Shown here piece after piece: positions 61,691-64,000 of a stretch of 64,000 nt of DNA. The notes under the pieces are model-generated. The model did no database searches. It was not told the origin of the DNA and was given only the letters and a program-made list of their open reading frames with translations. The position numbers were made by a program, and so were the translations under genes. The stretch lies in the NCBI RefSeq assembly GCF_009914755.1, contig NC_060947.1. One strand, given 5' to 3'. Numbering within the stretch: the first letter of the stretch is position 1; every line of letters starts with the position of its first letter. This stretch comes from the human T2T-CHM13v2.0 reference genome, Homo sapiens.

Positions 61691-62052
61691 TGCAGGTTGA
61701 GCACCCACAATCTAAAAATCATAAATCCAAAATGTTCCAATAAAGCCAGTGCACAAGACAGTATATTCAGCGGCCCCAATGGAACAAAAGAACCTCCCAT
61801 CCACTTTCATCCGCAAAATCTTTTCTATATACACCCAGATTTATCCATGCAAACACACCTACAAAGGGGAATAAAATGGGACATGTAGAGGCTGGATATG
61901 CCAATGGCAGAATCCCCATGATGTCCTAGATGGAGCAAAGACCTATGTGCATTATTTACTGTGTTTTTTTTTTTTTTTACTTTTTTGGCTTATTATCTGC
62001 TTTGTGGTATAAAAATCTTGTTGAAAATGTCAAAAAGGCCTGAATATATCTA

Positions 62053-62502
<450 letters not shown>

Positions 62503-63660
62503 CTAAATCAAAAGAATAATAAACTGTTTAAAGTGATATACATAAGTTAATAAAAATAGGGAGAAAAACACTGCTGAAAGTTGAAAGTAAATATCTTGAT
62601 AGTTTGTTGAAAGAGGGGATTCATCAGTGTTGCCATAAACACATACCGCTTAATGATATGATGATCATGAAACAAGCAAAGATCTATCACAATAAATGAA
62701 CTGAAAATTAAATAAAATTGTGGATATTCAACAGGCTGCTTACAAAAACTTAAGAAAAGACATAGCATTAAATTTTTAAATATTTGTATCTGCAGATCAC
62801 GAAGAAGAAAAAAGTCTGTTGATAAGTTTGCCAAGGTCATTGTTGATGAAAAATTGGATGCCAGAAAAAGTCTATAATGCCAGTAAGACATCACTTTTTT
62901 TGCATTATTGCTTCAGAAATATACTGACTACAGCTGATAAGACAGCCTTTACAGGAATTAAAGATGTCAAGTGCAGAATAACTGTGCTAATGCTGTAAGC
63001 ACATGTAAGTGTAAACTTGCTGTGATAGGCAAGTGCTTATTTCCTTGCTATTTTCAAAAAGTGAATTATTACCAGCACATTATTATGCTAACAGAAAAGC
63101 ATGGATCATCAACAACATATTTTCTGATTGGTTTCACAAATATTTTCTACCAGTGGCTCATGCTCACTGCAGGTAAGCTGGTCTGAATGACGACTGCAAT
63201 ATTTTGTTGTTATTCCTTGATAGCTGTTCTGCTCATCTTCCAGCTGAAATTTCATAAACAAATTATGTTTATTCCATGTAATTTTCCCAAAATATAACTT
63301 TACTAATTCAGCCATGTAACCAGGTATCCTTAGATCAGTGAAGAGTAAATCTAAAAACACTTTCTTGAACAGTATGCTAGCAGCAGCGAACAGCAGCACA
63401 GGTGTGGAAGATTTACAAAAGAAATTTAGCATGGAGAACTTTACATATGTTGTTGCCAATGTTTGAAGCACAGTGACTAAAGACACTGTTGTGCATGCTT
63501 CACACTACCTCTTGCCTGAAACTACATGCCATAATGATGGTAAACCATGTAATGACTTTGAAGGATTCTGTATGAAAATTGAGAAAAAATGATATCACAC
63601 TCAATCACATATGCCAAAAATACCTGCACAATCCGTCAGTAAGCTAATATAAAGTGGATG

Positions 63661-63786
63661 TCAAAGAAATTTTTAACATTGATAACAAGGCTCCAATTGT
63701 TCATTCATTAACCAATGGAAAAATCAAAGAAATTTTTAACATTGATAACAAAGCTTCAATTGTTCATTCATTAACCAATGGAAAAA
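63661..63786. repeat. 63-bp tandem duplication with 2 mismatches
   Basis: tcaaagaaatttttaacattgataac... at 63661 and 63724. Confidence 0.95.
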
Positions 63787-64000
63787 TAGCTAAAATGGTT
63801 CTAAATTAAGATAATCGTAATAGTAATGACAATGGATATGATGTTGTTAACACTGCAGATAAAGTGCCTATAGATGACATGGTAAAAATGTATGATAGGT
63901 TTATTGAATGACTAAGGGAGCATGCATTGATAACAGAACAGGAAATAATGTCAGTTTATAAAATAAAGAGAAGACTTCAAAGATGAAAAACATTGTGAAT

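Noticed and set aside
63109-63486. 125-aa minus-strand ORF
   Set aside because: Antisense to the decayed Tigger transposase, with no independent support

Overview
Primate (human-like), AT-rich, gene-poor DNA made almost entirely of nested transposable elements. These include many L1 generations (L1ME/MC/MB/MA, L1PB, L1PA), two near-complete MaLR elements (MSTA-type, THE1C-type), solo LTRs (MER9/HERV-K HML-3, MSTA, MSTD, MLT2), Alus, MIR/L2 relics and a Tigger4/Zombi DNA transposon. I see no intact host gene, RNA gene, CRISPR array or novel protein system; the ORF track is repeat-derived or chance. The best signal is structural. A near-full-length L1PA7/8-like element starts at 50681, and its 16-bp target-site duplication closes only at 59040-59055, so it carries a ~2.5-kb 3' transduction ending at the poly(A) signal of an older L1. 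Its 5'UTR also looks spliced at the known ~+97 donor (SpIRE-like). Other findings: a second short putative transduction, twin-priming inversions, deletion chimeras and recent micro-duplications. Subfamily names come from recalled consensus sequences, not a RepeatMasker run. Boundaries are approximate unless a TSD is quoted.
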